Shown piece after piece: positions 1 to 13,220 of a stretch of DNA of 64,000 bases. A program made the position numbers and the translations under genes. The notes under the pieces are model-generated. The model did no database searches, was not told the DNA's origin, and saw only the letters and a program-made list of their open reading frames with translations. The stretch is from Malacoraja senta (Eukaryota), in assembly GCA_038087875.1 (NCBI GenBank), contig CM075987.1, positions 24,492,001-24,556,000 on the forward strand, written 5' to 3'. The first letter of the stretch is position 1. Each line of letters begins with the position of its first letter.

Positions 1-204
1 CTCAGAGGGCGGTGGAGGCAGGTTCTCTGGATGCTTTCAAGAGAGAGCTAGATAGGGCTCTTAAAAATAGCGGAGTCAGGGGATATGGGGAGAAGGCAGG
101 AACGGGGTACTGATTGGGGATGATCAACCATGATCACATTGAATGGCGGTGCTGGGTCGAAGGGCCGAATGGCCTACTCCTGCACCTATTGTCTATTGTC
201 TATT
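1..204 (+). mobile_element. CR1 (HER1-like) LINE 3' end
   Basis: Encodes ...DAFKRELDRALKNSGVRGYGEKAGTGY*, followed by the 3' stem-loop and (tattgtc)n tail. Confidence 0.85.
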
Positions 205-1160
205 GAGACCCTTCTTCAGACTGAAGAACTTCACTCAGTCTGCAGAAGGGGCTCGGCCCGAAACGTCGCCCATTCCTTCTCTCCAGAGATGCTGCCTGTC
301 CCGCTGAGTTACTCCAGCGTGTTGTGTCTATCACCAAGGGATCAGCTCCACCATATGAAAATCATAAACAATAGTGATTTTGAAGACTCCACGTACATTG
401 TTTGACACCCGTTGCCAAATTAAACTAATCCACTCCCAACTAATCTGCAAGAGTTCAAAAAAGGCATTATTGATGTGAATGAACTAAAATCAGAAAATAA
501 GGACACACAGATGTTGCAATGAAAGAATAGCAGATTGGAAACATTTGTTTTCATAGCCTTGACTTTTTGTATTAAGAACTTCAAGAAACAATTCTAAGGC
601 CGGATAAGTTAAACAGGCAACATTTTATGAAGATCAAGTCTTATACGTAATATTTTACGTGAATAGGGAGATTATCAGTAAAAATACGTTCACACAACAT
701 AACTCCCACTGAGAACATTACCACAATCTTGGCTCATTTCATTGCAGGGTCGATCCACGTCCCAATACAAAGTGAAATTCTGCAGGTGTCAGCTGTCTTA
801 TTTATCACAATGGGGAGGACTATGTTAACAAAGAACTGCAGAGTGTAAATAATATTAAACGTAGATAACCAATCTACATTTTTTACAAACTACTTAGTGT
901 GTACCAATTTTTCAAAGACACTCCGTAACAGCTCTGTAATTTAACCCTTAGGTTCAAGTCATGATGGTCATTGTTCCAACTGTGTTCACTGGTGTCCTTT
1001 AGCCAGGCCAGAGAGATTCATTTGGGAAGTCATGAAAGCTCCTCTGAAATTGGGGCCAATATTGTAGAAACTGATATTATCGTCAAATGTAATTGTTTGA
1101 CGATAATCGTTTGTCCGCTTGTTTGATCTTGAGCAGCAATATTGAGATGAAGGTACAAGG

Positions 1161-1650
1161 ACAATAGACAATAGGTGCAGGAGTAGGCCAGTCGGCCCTT
1201 CGAGCCAGCAGCGCCATTCAATGTGATCATGGCTGATCATCCCCAATCAGTACCCCGTTCCTGCCTTCTCCCCATATCCCTTGACTCCGCTATCTTTAAA
1301 AGCCCTGTCTAGCTCTCTCTTGAAAGTATCCAGAGAACTGGCCTCCACCGCCCTCTGAGGCAGAGAATTCCACCGACTCAAAACTCTCTGTGTGAAAAAG
1401 TGTTTCCTCGTCTCCGTTCTAAATGGCTTACTCCTTATTCTTAAACTGTGGCCCCTGGTTCTGGACTCCCCCAACATCGGGAACATGTTTCCAAACCCTT
1501 AATAATCTTATATGTTTCAATAAGATGCCCTCTCATCCTTCTAAACTCCAGTGTATACAAGCCCAGCCGCTCCATTCTTTCAGCATATGACAAACCCGCC
1601 ATCCCGGGAATTAACCTTGTAAACCTACGCTGCATTCCTTCAATAGCAAG
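1161..1650 (-). mobile_element. CR1 LINE 3' fragment
   Basis: QRRFTRLIPGMAGLSYAERMERLGLYTLEFRR...GYGEKAGTGY. Confidence 0.9.
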
Positions 1651-1697
1651 GACCTGGAGATGCTGGAATTCTGGGCAAAATACAAGGTGCTGGAGGA

Positions 1698-1865
1698 TGG
1701 CACGGTGGCGCAGCCTTGCTGCCCTGCTGTGCCAGAGACCCGGGTTCGATCCTGACTACGGGTGCTTGTCTGTACGGAGTTCGTACGTTCTCCCCGTGAC
1801 CTGTGTAGGTTTTCTCCGGGATCTCCACACTCCAAAGGTACAGGTTTGTAGGTTAATTGGCTTGT
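1698..1865 (+). mobile_element. V-SINE (HE1-like), partial
   Basis: tRNA-like head with B box GGTTCGATCC and the V-domain ttctccccgtgacctg. Confidence 0.8.
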
Positions 1866-2129
1866 TACAAAAGGACTAATTGATCTTTTTTTTTAAAGGT
1901 TCAAGACGTTCAAATATTTGCCTGTATCCTGACAGTCACTGATAATTTCATTTGATAAGGTAAGAATGTTTTCTATGCCAACCCCACTCAAAAAGTGTGC
2001 ATTATTAGTATATTAATAATATACTATTAATAATACTAATAATACTAACAATATACTCTTAATATATAATTCTCCCAAACTCTCTTCTGCAGATTAGATT
2101 AGAGCAGATTTAAAATCACTGTTAATAAA

Positions 2130-2360
2130 AGATAGCCACAAATTGCTGGAGTAACTCAGCGGGACAGGCAGCATCTCTGGAGGGAAGGAATGGGTGATGT
2201 TTTTCGGGTCGAGACCCTTCCTCAGACTGGGAGTCAGGCGAGAGGGAAACTAGAGATATGGAAGGGTACAAAGAGCAGGTATGGTGTGAAAAGGACAGAT
2301 CAAAGCAGATGATGATCAAGGAAAGGTAAATTGTTGGCTGAGGGGAAGGTGACAACACTA
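2130..2360 (-). mobile_element. Penelope-like element 3' terminal repeat (pLTR) fragment
   Basis: Same sequence as follows the GIY-YIG remnants elsewhere in the window, with a degenerate hammerhead motif. Confidence 0.65.
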
Positions 2361-3034
2361 TGAATCAAAACAGCCTTATTTGGTTACGACTTAAGTTTCT
2401 ACTAATCTTACTAATAAAATAATCTCTGGAGTAACCCCTTCACTATAAAGTGAAATAGCTACATGTGTAGGCACCGTTTTGCACCATGCAGGGCCATTGT
2501 TGGAAGAGTAACTTTTCTGTATCTTAACCAAGTGGTAGATTTTTCTTATCATGTTTCAGCCGAAGAAATGTGCGTTGTTAGGCATGGAACCACCTCCTGG
2601 TCTGATGATGCCTTGTCCAAAGTCTACTTTCTGCATTTCCAGCAGCAATAAACACTGGGTCAGATTTTATTCCACATCCTCGTACTGCTGAGATTAGGTT
2701 TAAAAAATGCAGAAAGGTATTATCTGATCAGGAAAGACGGCACTGTTCCAACTGCATCACCGATACTGATCATTATCACTATCTCTGGAATGGTTTAGGT
2801 GTATACGCTACTGCAGAACACCTCATAATTTGCAAGATAATGTCTAACACACTATAACAACTCGTAATAAAACCGCAGGCCAATTTTCACTCAGTCCCAA
2901 AATAATAATAGGAATTAAATTTCTGTGTTTCCGATGTTTCCACTAGTGGGAGAATCTAGGACCAGAGGTCGTAGCCACAGAATAAAAGGACCTACCTTTA
3001 GAAAGGAGATGAGGAGGAATTTATTTTCTTAACT

Positions 3035-3400
3035 CAACTGTTTCATAAACGCTAAGATAGTCTCTGCCTCAACTACCTCCTCTGGCAGCCTGTTCCATAC
3101 GCCCACCACCCTCTGTGTGAAAAAGTTACCCCTCAGATACCTATTAAATCTTTTCCCCTTCACCTTAAACCTAATGTCCTCTGGATCTCGATATCCCTGC
3201 TCTGGGCAAGAGACTCTAGTGCATCGACCTGATCTATTCCTCTCATGATTTTGTACACCTATATAAGATCACCCCTCCTGCACTCCAATAGAGTCCCAGC
3301 ATACTCAACCTCTCCCCAAAGCTCAGACCCTCGAGTCCTGGCAACATCCTCGTAAATTTTCTCTGTACCCTTTCCAGCTTGACAACATGTCTTTCATAAC
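3035..3400 (-). mobile_element. CR1 LINE fragment (older subfamily)
   Basis: Degenerate RT C-terminal sequence shared with 38300-38940 and 56987-57415. Confidence 0.75.
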
Positions 3401-3502
3401 TGTGTATACCATGGCAAGGGCATGCATAAAGGGGACATCATCTGGTGATTAAAATGTAAGCGTTCTAACGCCATGAATAGGAGCACTTTCACACTATGAG
3501 CA

Positions 3503-3815
3503 TTTAGTTTAGTTTAGTTTAGAGATTCAGCTTGGAAACGGGCCCTTCGGCCCACCGAGTCCGTGCCGACCAGCGATCCCCGCACACTAACACGATCCTA
3601 CACACACTTGGGACAATTTACACACACACACACATACGAAGCCAATTAACCTACAAACCTTTGGAGTGTGGGAGGAAACAGAAGATCTCGTAGAAAACCC
3701 ACGCGGGTCACGGGGAGAACGTACAAACACCACCGGTAGTCGGGATCGAACCCGGGTCCCCGGCGCTGCAAGCGCTGTAAGGCAGCAACTCTACCGCTGC
3801 GCCACCGTGCCGCCC
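3503..3815 (-). mobile_element. V-SINE (HE1-like), full length
   Basis: A box TGGCGCAGCGG, B box GGTTCGATCC, V domain and (ctaaa)n tail. Confidence 0.88.
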
Positions 3816-4484
3816 TTTACTAAATTATTTTTACTAAAAAAAAAAAGCACTATTTTGTCCCTGCACTGGACTGAATACCAGTTGGTGGCAAGTTTAAGCA
3901 ACTGGAGTTTACCATCGTCTGGAAGTCCCTCAGCCCTTATCTCCAGATTTGGACGGCCTCCTATTCTAAATTCATACAGCTAGAATGTATAAAACAAACA
4001 CTCATATCAGTTGACTTTGGAGATAATGCTAAAGTTACAGTGTAAAAACATTTCTGCACCGTTCACCTGCAGCTATTTATGGACACGGTGACAGAAGTGA
4101 TCACCATTTAGTCGAATATCATATTTCAGATCTGGAATTAAATCTCTGCAAACTCATTTTTCTCAAGTTAAAATCACTGCGAGAGAAATGAATATTTTGG
4201 AATAGACACTCCCCACAAGAGAGAGAATAACGTGAACACATAGTCATCTCCATCAGCAGGGCAATAGGCCAAGGCTGGAAAGTCTTGTCAAGTCACCAGA
4301 GCAATAAATAACATGGTTAGATGTTTATTAACTAAGGGGAATAACTAGCTTGGTGGACCCCCCCCCCCCTCCCATTCCCAATCTGACCTTTCCGTCCTGG
4401 GCCTCCTCTATTGCCAGAGTGAGGCCCAGCGCAAATTGGAGGAACAGCACCTCATGTTTCGCTTGGGTAGTTTACACCCCACCC

Positions 4485-5732
4485 CAGTTAGTTGTTTTGT
4501 TTTTTAGGAGTTCTATTCTTTTTTAAGTGGGGGGTGGGGGGGGGTGGAAGGGGGAAACTACTTTCTAGGGTCCCTACCTGGTCGGAGAGGCAGCTTTTCT
4601 CCGGGCCGCACCTTCAACCCGTCCTCGCGGCCTATCAGCGGGCCTGGAGCGGCGTTTCCTGAGGGGACCGCCCAGGACCTCGGCTTCGGCGGCGGCGCAG
4701 CGCTGGAGCGCTATCGCGGAGCGGGCGATGCCTTGCCCGGGTTGCCGCGCTGGAGCTCCGGTGAGCTGAGCCCACAGGTGAAACATCGCGGAGCTGCGGG
4801 ACTGTGGAGCGGCCAGCTGTGGGCGGCGGCGCTGAACTTTAACAACGGGAGCCTGGGATCTCTCGCCGAGATCGCCAGTGGTGGAGCTCCGTCCAGCGCG
4901 GCCTGTTGGCTTCGGAAGCCGCGGACTCCGATAAGGAGGCGGCCGTTCCAGGTGTCCCAAGCCGCTGAGAGGGTTCTCCCGACACCATCACCCGGCGAGA
5001 ACAGCCTGGAACATCGGGCCTCCATGAAGGCGACTGGAGGCCTCAATAGAAACATAGAAACATAGAAAATAGGTGCAAGAGTAGGCCATTCGGCCCTTCG
5101 AGCCTGCACCGCCATTCAATATGATCATGGCTGATCATCCAACTCAGTATCCCATCCCTGCCTTCTCTCCATACCCCCTGATCCCTTTAGCCACAAGGGC
5201 CACATCTAACTCCCTCTTAAATATAGCCAATGAACTGGCCTCAACTACCTTCTGTGCCAGAGAATTCCAGAGATTCTCCACTCTCTGTGTGAAAAATGTT
5301 TTTCTCATCTCGGTCCTAAAAGATTTCCCCCTTATCCTTAAACTGTGACCCCTTGTCCTGGACTTCCCCAAGATCGGGAACAATCTTCCTGCATCTAGCC
5401 TGTCCAACCCCTCAAGAATTTTGTACGTTTCTATAAGATCCCCCCTCAATCTTCTAAATTCTAGCGAGTACAAACCGAGTCTATCCAGTCTTTCTTCATA
5501 TGAAAGTCCTGACATCCCAGGAATCAGTCTGGTAGGCCCGACTATGGGTGGACATAGGATGGGGACTGGACTTTGTGCCTCCCCCCACAGTGGGAACCAT
5601 TGTGGGGGGATGTTTTTATGTTTTATGTTAAATTTCTTTAATGTTGTGTCTAATGTGTGCTGCATGGCAAGACAAATTTCACTACACCATTTGGTGGATG
5701 TGACAATAAATGTCCTTTGTCCTTTGTCCTTT
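4485..5732 (+). mobile_element. GC-rich non-autonomous retroposon with Rex1-like 3' tail, split by a CR1
   Basis: CpG-rich body homologous to 43862-44750 in opposite orientation. 3' end aaatttcactacacc...gtgacaataaa(tgtcctt)n. Confidence 0.6.
5047..5532 (-). mobile_element. CR1 LINE 3' fragment
   Basis: TRLIPGMSGLSYEERLDRLGLYSLEFRR...GYGEKAGMGY and (ttctatgt)n tail. Confidence 0.9.
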
Positions 5733-6014
5733 GTGAACATTGACTTCTCTAACTTCAGATAGCCCTTGCTTTCTCTCTCCACCCCCTCCCACTTCCCAGT
5801 TCTCCCACCAGTCTTTCTGTCTCCGCCTACATTCTATCTCTGTCCCGCCCCCTCCCCTGACAACGTCGCCCATTCCTTTTCTCCAGAGATGCTGCCTGTC
5901 CCGCTGTGTTACTCCAGCATTTTCTGTCTATCTTTGATTTAAACCAGCATCTGCAGTTCTTTCTTGCACAGTTTGGTGGATAACTTGTCTTGACCTAATA
6001 TAAATTTGTCGCTG

Positions 6015-6410
6015 GACGCAAAATGCTGGAGTAACTCAGTGGGTCAGGCAGCATCTCTGGAGAGAACATGGAATAGGAATAGGTGTTGTTTCTGCTCGTG
6101 ACCCTTCTTCAGACTGAGAGTCTGGGGGGGGGGGGGAGTGAGAAAGGAGAGAAATAGAATGTACATAGAACAAATGAATGAAAGATATGCAAAAAGCAAT
6201 GATGATTAAGGAAAGGTGGAGCCCACAATGGTCCATTGTTGGCCGTGGGAAGGTGATAACATGGAACAAACAGTGAAACTCAACAGGCCAAGAGTGAAGT
6301 TATTATTAGAGAGGTGGAGGGACGGGGAGAGAGGGGATGCAAGGTTTACTTGAAGTTATGCAAATGAATATTCATACCGCTGGGTTGTAAGCTGCCCAAG
6401 CAGAATATTC
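6015..6410 (-). mobile_element. Penelope-like element 3' remnant
   Basis: Minus strand encodes FCLGSLQPSGMNI, followed by the pLTR with a CTGAAGA...GAAA motif. Confidence 0.7.
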
Positions 6411-7014
6411 TCCCTAGATTCTCCCACTAGTGTAAACATCCTCTCTACGTCCACTCCATCCAGGGTGTGATCTATGTTATGGATCCTGTGCTTGCATGGG
6501 ACAGTGTTTTTACTATCCGGGCAATTTCAAATCCCTGCTTAAAAATGTAGGTTCTTCTCTCTGAGTTGCCTCTTTTAAGTGTGCCTATCCTTAATTCCAT
6601 AATCCCCGCCATCGCCCAATATCTCCTCCAAAGTTGCTCCGCTCAGCAATCTGTCTATAGTCTGGAAGAAAGCCGATCAACGTTCCAGCTGGATGCCTAT
6701 TCCAGCTGTTACAATTGCAGCGTTGCACTGCCGGGCTGCTTGGGGAGTTGTGGTTGGGTGAAGTGCTCACGCTGTTCGACTAATTAACCAACCCTTTAAA
6801 TATCTCGACCACTGATTTGACACAGGAGCGAGCGCAATTCAGTGAGGTTGCAAGTCCAATCATCGACAACTGAAAGTGGATATCTCCAAATGCCATATTC
6901 AGCAGGAGAAAATTGCCAGCCTCTCTGCATATTCATTCCACAAGGCACCGTGGCGCAGCGGTCGAGTTACGGCCTTATAGCGCCAGAGACCCAAGTTCGA
7001 TCCTGACTGCGTGA

Positions 7015-7517
7015 GATTTGAGGCAGTGCAGCGTAGGTTCACGAGATTGATCCCTGGGATGGTGGGACTGTCATATGAGGAAAGATTGAAAAGACTAGGC
7101 TTGTATTCACTGGAGTTTAGAAGGATGAGGGGGGGCTCTTATAGAAACATATAAAATTATAAAAAGGACTGGACAAGCTAGATGCAGGAAAAATGTTCCC
7201 AATGTTGGGCGAGTCCAGAACCAGGGGCCACCGTCTAGAATAAAGGGGAGGCCATTTAAGACTGAGGTGAGAAAAAACGTTTTCACACAGAGAGTTGTGA
7301 ATTTATGGAATTCCCTGCCACAGAGGGCAGTGGAGGCCAAATCACTGGATGGATTTAAGAGAGAGTTAGATAGAGCTCTAGGGACTAGTGGAGTCAAGGG
7401 ATATGGGGAGAAGGCAGGCACGGGTTATTGATTGGGGACGATCAGCCATGATCACAATGAATGGCGGTGCTGGCTCGAAGGACCGAATGGCCTCCTCCTA
7501 TTTTCTATGTTTCTATG
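7015..7517 (+). mobile_element. CR1 LINE 3' fragment inserted in a V-SINE head
   Basis: RT C-terminal sequence. The SINE at 6945-7010 resumes at 7518 (cgggtgctgtctgtacggag). Confidence 0.88.
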
Positions 7518-8019
7518 CGGGTGCTGTCTGTACGGAGTGTCCAGGTGACTTGTGCACTGTTTTGTCTTTCCGCTGACTGGTTAGCACGCACAAAAAGCTT
7601 TTCACTGTACACGTGACAATAAACTAAACTGATAGCTTAGTGAAAGGTGTTCACTGGTTGTCGTGGACACGATGGGCCGAAGGGCCTATTTCCCCCACTA
7701 TATTTCTAAACTAAACTAAACTGAGGCAATTAACTCAACTGATTCAAGGGCGACAGGTTAAATGACTGAAATTTGACTCAGTCACTGTGAAACATTCAAC
7801 ATTCCCAGAGAAAGTACCTCAAAATCTCATGGAAGACATACAATCCTTCTGATAATATCCCGGTTACTCCTTATTCACCCAGCATGTCATTTATCAGAAT
7901 AAAACATTCAATTATTCAATCATGAAAAATAACTCTCATTGTTCAACAGTTAAAACTGTGTAAGAAGTAGGTTTCACTGTAGACACTCACCCATCTGAAC
8001 AGCCAGGGTGGAGATGTCC

Positions 8020-8325
8020 ACCACTAGAGGGCATAGCTATAAGGTGAGAGAGGGAATTTTTGATGGAGAGGAATTTTTAATGGGCATGTTTTTTTTTTAC
8101 ACAAAGGGTGGTGGGGGTCTGGCACGCGCTGCCAGGGGTGGTGGTGGAGGCAGATATGATAGTGGTGTTTAAGAGGCTTTTAGATAGGCACACGGAGGTG
8201 CAGGGAATAGAGGGATAAGGATCATGTACAGGCAGACGAGATGAGTTTAACTTGGCAACATGTTCAGCACAAACATCGTAGGCCAAAGGGCCCAATTCTG
8301 TGCTGTACTCTTCTATGTTCTATGT
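8020..8325 (+). mobile_element. CR1 LINE 3' fragment (old)
   Basis: actagagggcatagctataaggtgag...gggcccaattctgtgctgtactcttctatgttctatg. Confidence 0.7.
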
Positions 8326-8784
8326 TCCATCTGTAGAGCATTGACAATAATCATGCTACAAACAAGACTCTTGCCAACACCCATCCCCATTCTTGCATCT
8401 TAAAGTTGCCGTTGATTATCATAACCTGTAGAGGGACATGAATATTTTAATATGAACTGCAATGGTCTTTGACTGGACCATTGAGCAGAGGGGGAAAAAA
8501 ACGAACATGGACAATTCATAAGATCATTAGACCATAGGTGATAGGAGCAGAATTAGGCCATTCGGCCCATCACACACCGCCATTCAATCATGGCTGATCT
8601 GTCTCTCCATCCTAACCCCATTCTCCTGCCTCTCTCCACAACCCGTACTAATCAAAAATCTATCTATCGCGGCCTTAAATATACCCACTGACTTTGCCTC
8701 CACAGCCTTCAGTGGCAAAGAATTCCACAGATTCGCCACCAATTGAAATCCTGTACGAGTGTCTACTGTCTTTTGATCTTAATA

Positions 8785-9023
8785 TACAGATACAGCGTGG
8801 AAATGGGCCCACCGAGTCCTCGCTGACCAGCGATCACCCCATACACTAGCACGACCCTACACACAAGGGACAATTTACAGGTTTTTTTACCAAAGCCAAT
8901 TAACCTACGAACCTGTTGCCTTTGGAGTGTGGGAGGAAACCAGTGCGCCCGGAGAAAACCCACGCAATCACAGGGAGAACGTACGAAGTCAGGCAGCAAC
9001 TCTACTGCTGCGCCACTGTGCCG
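8785..9023 (-). mobile_element. V-SINE, internally deleted
   Basis: V domain and head present. Confidence 0.75.
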
Positions 9024-9059
9024 CTACCAATTAGTTAACAGGCCAATATTCAAGATTCA

Positions 9060-9435
9060 AAGATCCACTGACTTGGCCTCCGCAGCCTTCTGTGGCAAAG
9101 CGTTCCACAGATTCATCACCCTCTGACTAAAGACATTCATCCTCATCTCCTTCCTAAAAGAACGTCCTTTTATTCTGAGGCTATGACCTCGAGTCCTAGA
9201 CTCTCCCACGAGTGGAAACATCCTCTCTGCATCCACTCTATCCAAGCCTTTCACTACTCTGTATGTTTCAATGAGGTCCTCCCTCATTCTTCTAAACTCC
9301 AGTGAGTACAGGCCCAGCGCCGACAAGCGCTCATCATAGGTTAGTTAACCTACTCATCATTCTTTTAAACCTCCTCTGGGCCCTCTCCAGAGCCAGCACA
9401 TCCTTCCTCAGGTATGGTGCCCAAAATTGCTCACA
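9060..9435 (-). mobile_element. CR1 LINE fragment
   Basis: LGLYSLEFRRMREDLIETYRVVKGLDRVDAERMFPLVGESRTRGH. Confidence 0.85.
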
Positions 9436-9949
9436 ACTTTTGCACAATAGCGGCAAAGTCACTGCTGTGACAGGTGTCAAAAAATAAATTGTAAAGCTTG
9501 AAGAAGACAGCAAGGGAAAGGGTTAGGTAGAGCGCCTAAAAATGTTTCAAGTCCTCTTCATGTAGTTACAATAATTCTGTGCTTTAAAGAAGGCTGAAAC
9601 TGAGCATGTGTAACCGACACTCGCTGGGGAGTGTTTACTCTGCTGTGTCCATTTAGATGCAGAGAGTGTGATTAAGTGCTTTCTACAATAAACAACACTT
9701 CAAAGGAAAATTCTGTATAATAGATGAATCTCTGTTCGTTCAGCAATCTCCTAGATTGCTCCCAATGATCACTGTATTTGGCGCTCTTAAATAAAGTCTT
9801 GATTGCCGTACCCGATCATTGTGTTGTGTTTTCGTTCTATTTAACACGGGCAACCCAAATGCCCATCTTTCCCTGCAAATCAGTCAATGCCAGAAGCTAT
9901 GGAGAGAAATGGAAGGGATACCTACTGTGAAAGAGATGGAATATAACCT

Positions 9950-10793
9950 TTAGTTTAGTTTAGTTTGGAGATGAGTTTGGAGAGCATCTTTGGCCCACCG
10001 AATCCGCGCCGACCAGCGATCCCCGCACATCCTAATTTGGGGAAGGACATTCTTGCTATTGAGGGAGTGCAGCGTAGGTTTACAAGGTTAATTCCCGGGA
10101 TGGCGGGACTGTCATATGCTGAGAGAATGGAGCGGCTGGGCTTGTACACTCTGGAGTTTAGAAGGATGAGAGGGTATCTCATTGAAATATATCAGATTGT
10201 TAAGGGCTTGGACACGCTAGAGGCAGGAAACATGTTCCCGATGTTGGGGGAGTCCAGAACCAGGAGCCACAGTTTAAGAATAAGGAGTAAGCCATTTAGA
10301 ATGGAGACGAGGAAACACTTTTTCTCACAGAGAGTGGTGAGTCTGTGGAATTCTCTGCCTCAGAGGGCGGTGGAGGCAGGTTCTCTGGATGCTTTCAAGA
10401 GAAATCTAGATAGGGCTCTTAAAAATAGCGGAGTCAGGGGATATGGGGAGAAGGCAGGAACGGGGTGCTGATTGGGGATGATCAGCCATGATCACATTGA
10501 ATGGCGGTGCTGGCTCAAAGGGCCGAATGGCCTACACCTGCACCTATTGTCTATTAACACTATCTACAGATACTAGGGATGATTTTACATTTGTACCAAG
10601 CTAGTTAACGTACAAACCTGTACATCTTTGGAATGTGGGCGGAAACCGAAGATCTCGGAGAAAACCCACGCAGGTCACGGGGAGAACGTGCAAACTCCGT
10701 ACAGAGAAGCACCCGTAGTCAGGATCGAACCCACGACCCCGGGTCTCTGGCGCTGTCAGGCAACAACTCTACCACTGCGCCACCGTGCCGCCC
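9950..10793 (-). mobile_element. V-SINE interrupted by a CR1
   Basis: Tail at 9950-10029, remainder at 10554-10793. Confidence 0.8.
10030..10553 (+). mobile_element. CR1 LINE 3' fragment
   Basis: PNLGKDILAIEGVQRRFTRLIPG...GYGEKAGTG. Confidence 0.9.
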
Positions 10794-11329
10794 TAACTTC
10801 TGAAAACAATTTAAAAAATAATTCTTCTCTTTAACACAACAATCCAAAAATCGGTTAGTTAATGTGGTTTGGCCTGCTCTGGACTTGATATTATAGGTTG
10901 GCAGTATTCTGGAAAGACAAAAGAATAGGCAAGAATGTGAGGAATTTCTAACATAGGGAATTAATCTAATATTGCTTTAGTGAATTCAGATGTAGGATGG
11001 AATACAACTCCGATATGCCCAGCACAAACGTTAACAATCAGATCCATTATTATTGCTCTACAAAGATTACTAAGAAGTAAAATGACAACATTCTTGTAGC
11101 TCAGAATGTTGCATGCTGTTTCATTTCTGCACCTTGCAACAGTATAAAGATGCATTTTTTTAACCACGTTTCCCAATTTCACTTGCCCAGGCATCTATTA
11201 CAACGAACACAAAAATAGAGTAAGGCAATGAATCCATTCAATTTAGGATTAAAACAATATTTTAATGTTGGATTTGACATGAAAACAACATGTGGAACTC
11301 TATTTGTCAGGCAGGAATGTGTTTTGAAT

Positions 11330-11660
11330 TTAGATTTGTTTAGTTTAGTTTGGAGATACAGCGCGGAAACAGGCCCTTCGGCCCACCGAGTCCGCACCGA
11401 CCACCGATCCCCGCACACTAACACTATCCTACACACACACTCGGGACAATTTACACTTGTGCCAAAGCCAATTAGCCTACAAACCTGTACGTCTTTGGAG
11501 TGTGGGAGGAAACTGAAGATCACGGTGAAAACGCACGCAGGTCACGGGGTGAATGTACAAACTTCATACAGACAGCACCCGTAGTCGGGATCGAAGCCAG
11601 GTCTCTGGCGCTGCAAGCGCTGGAAGGCAGCAACTCTACCGCTGTGCCACCGTGCCACCC
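11330..11660 (-). mobile_element. V-SINE, full length
   Basis: A/B boxes, V domain and tail. Confidence 0.88.
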
Positions 11661-12010
11661 TTAATTTATGGGACTGTTATAACTTAAAGGAAAAACATTG
11701 CCTGTAATGGTTGTAAATGACCTATTCTAGGTTCATTCAGCCATGATGATTGCATACAACTATTCAGAACTTGTTTACAAACATCAACAGAGCTGAAGAT
11801 GGAAGGGAAATCCTTGATAACCACCTGAAGCAGAACCAATGTGTCAGCAGGAACTGCAGATGCTGGTTTACACCAAAGATAGACACAAAAAGCTGGAGTA
11901 ACTCAGCGGGACAGGCAGCATATCTGGAGAATAGGAATAGGTGACGTTTCGGGTCGAGACTCTTCTTCAGACCAAAACAGGACTGACGAAGTTAAACCAG
12001 AGACATAAAA

Positions 12011-12210
12011 NNNNNNNNNNNNNNNNNNNNNNNNNNNNNNNNNNNNNNNNNNNNNNNNNNNNNNNNNNNNNNNNNNNNNNNNNNNNNNNNNNNNNNNNNN
12101 NNNNNNNNNNNNNNNNNNNNNNNNNNNNNNNNNNNNNNNNNNNNNNNNNNNNNNNNNNNNNNNNNNNNNNNNNNNNNNNNNNNNNNNNNNNNNNNNNNNN
12201 NNNNNNNNNN
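12011..12210. other. Assembly gap (200 N) with a 115-bp duplicated flank
   Basis: 11896-12010 is identical to 12211-12325. Confidence 0.95.
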
Positions 12211-13019
12211 GAGTAACTCAGCGGGACAGGCAGCATATCTGGAGAATAGGAATAGGTGACGTTTCGGGTCGAGACTCTTCTTCAGACCAAAACAGGACTG
12301 ACGAAGTTAAACCAGAGACATAAAATGCTGGAGTATCTCATTCTGGGTTTTGACCCTTCTTCAGACCCGAAACGTCACCTGTCCATCTTCTCCAGAGATG
12401 CTGCCTGACCCGCTGAAGTACTCGAGCACTTTGCGTCTTCCATTTGGTGAACCCGCATCTGCAGTTCCTTGTTTGTAAACCAGAGACATTATGTGTAGGC
12501 AGGACTGTGATAAGACAAGAAACTCTGAACAAAAAGAACCCGAGCAACAATTAAAGGTAACAACCAAGAACAGGCCCTTCGGCCCACAATGGCTATGCCG
12601 AACATGATGATCAGGCGATCACTTATGTACCTGCACGTAACCCGTATCCCTTCATTCCATATCCACATGCATATACATATGTCTATCCAAAAACCTCTTC
12701 ACTGCCACTATTGTACGTGCCTCAACCAATAACCCCAGTAGCGTGTTCCATGCACTCACCAAAACACTTGTAAAAAACCTACCTCGCACATCTCCTCTAG
12801 CATTTGACATTTCCATCCTGGGAATAAAGATTCTGACTGTCTACCCTATCTATGCCTCTCATAATCTTATATCTCTCTATCATGTCTCTCCGTAAACTAA
12901 GATAGTAAGCAGCGAATTAATCCTGAAGAGATAGGAATCATTGATTTCAATTGTCAAACTGGATATTAATAATAGACGTAACTGTCAAAACAACACTGGC
13001 AGATATTTCCTTTGCTGTT

Positions 13020-13220
13020 GGTACGAAGAAACTGCAGATGATGGCTTGAGCCGAAGATAGACACAAAAAGCTGGAGCAACTCGGCGGGACAGGCAGCATC
13101 TCTGGAGAGAAGGGATGGGTGGCGTTTCGGGTCGAGACCCTTCTTCAGTCTCGACCCGAAACGTCACCCATCCCTTCTCTCTAGATACCCTGCCTGTCCC
13201 GCTGAGTTACTCCAGCTTTT
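13020..13220. mobile_element. Penelope-derived fold-back (inverted pLTR) element
   Basis: Arms ...gctggagcaactcggcgggacaggcagc...gtttcgggtcgagac / gtctcgacccgaaacgtc...gagttactccagc. Confidence 0.75.

Larger units (their letters stand above)
4360..5970 (+). mobile_element. Penelope-like retroelement 3' end (GIY-YIG C-terminus plus pLTR), interrupted at ~4485-5730
   Basis: SHSQSDLSVLGLLYCQSEAQRKLEEQHLMFRLGSLHP at 4368-4480 continues as (V)NIDFSNFR* at 5733-5762, followed by the pLTR. Confidence 0.8.

Noticed and set aside
11850..12480. Regularly recurring palindromic repeats as a CRISPR-like array
   Set aside because: Dispersed eukaryotic retroelement ends plus a gap overlap, with no repeat-spacer periodicity.
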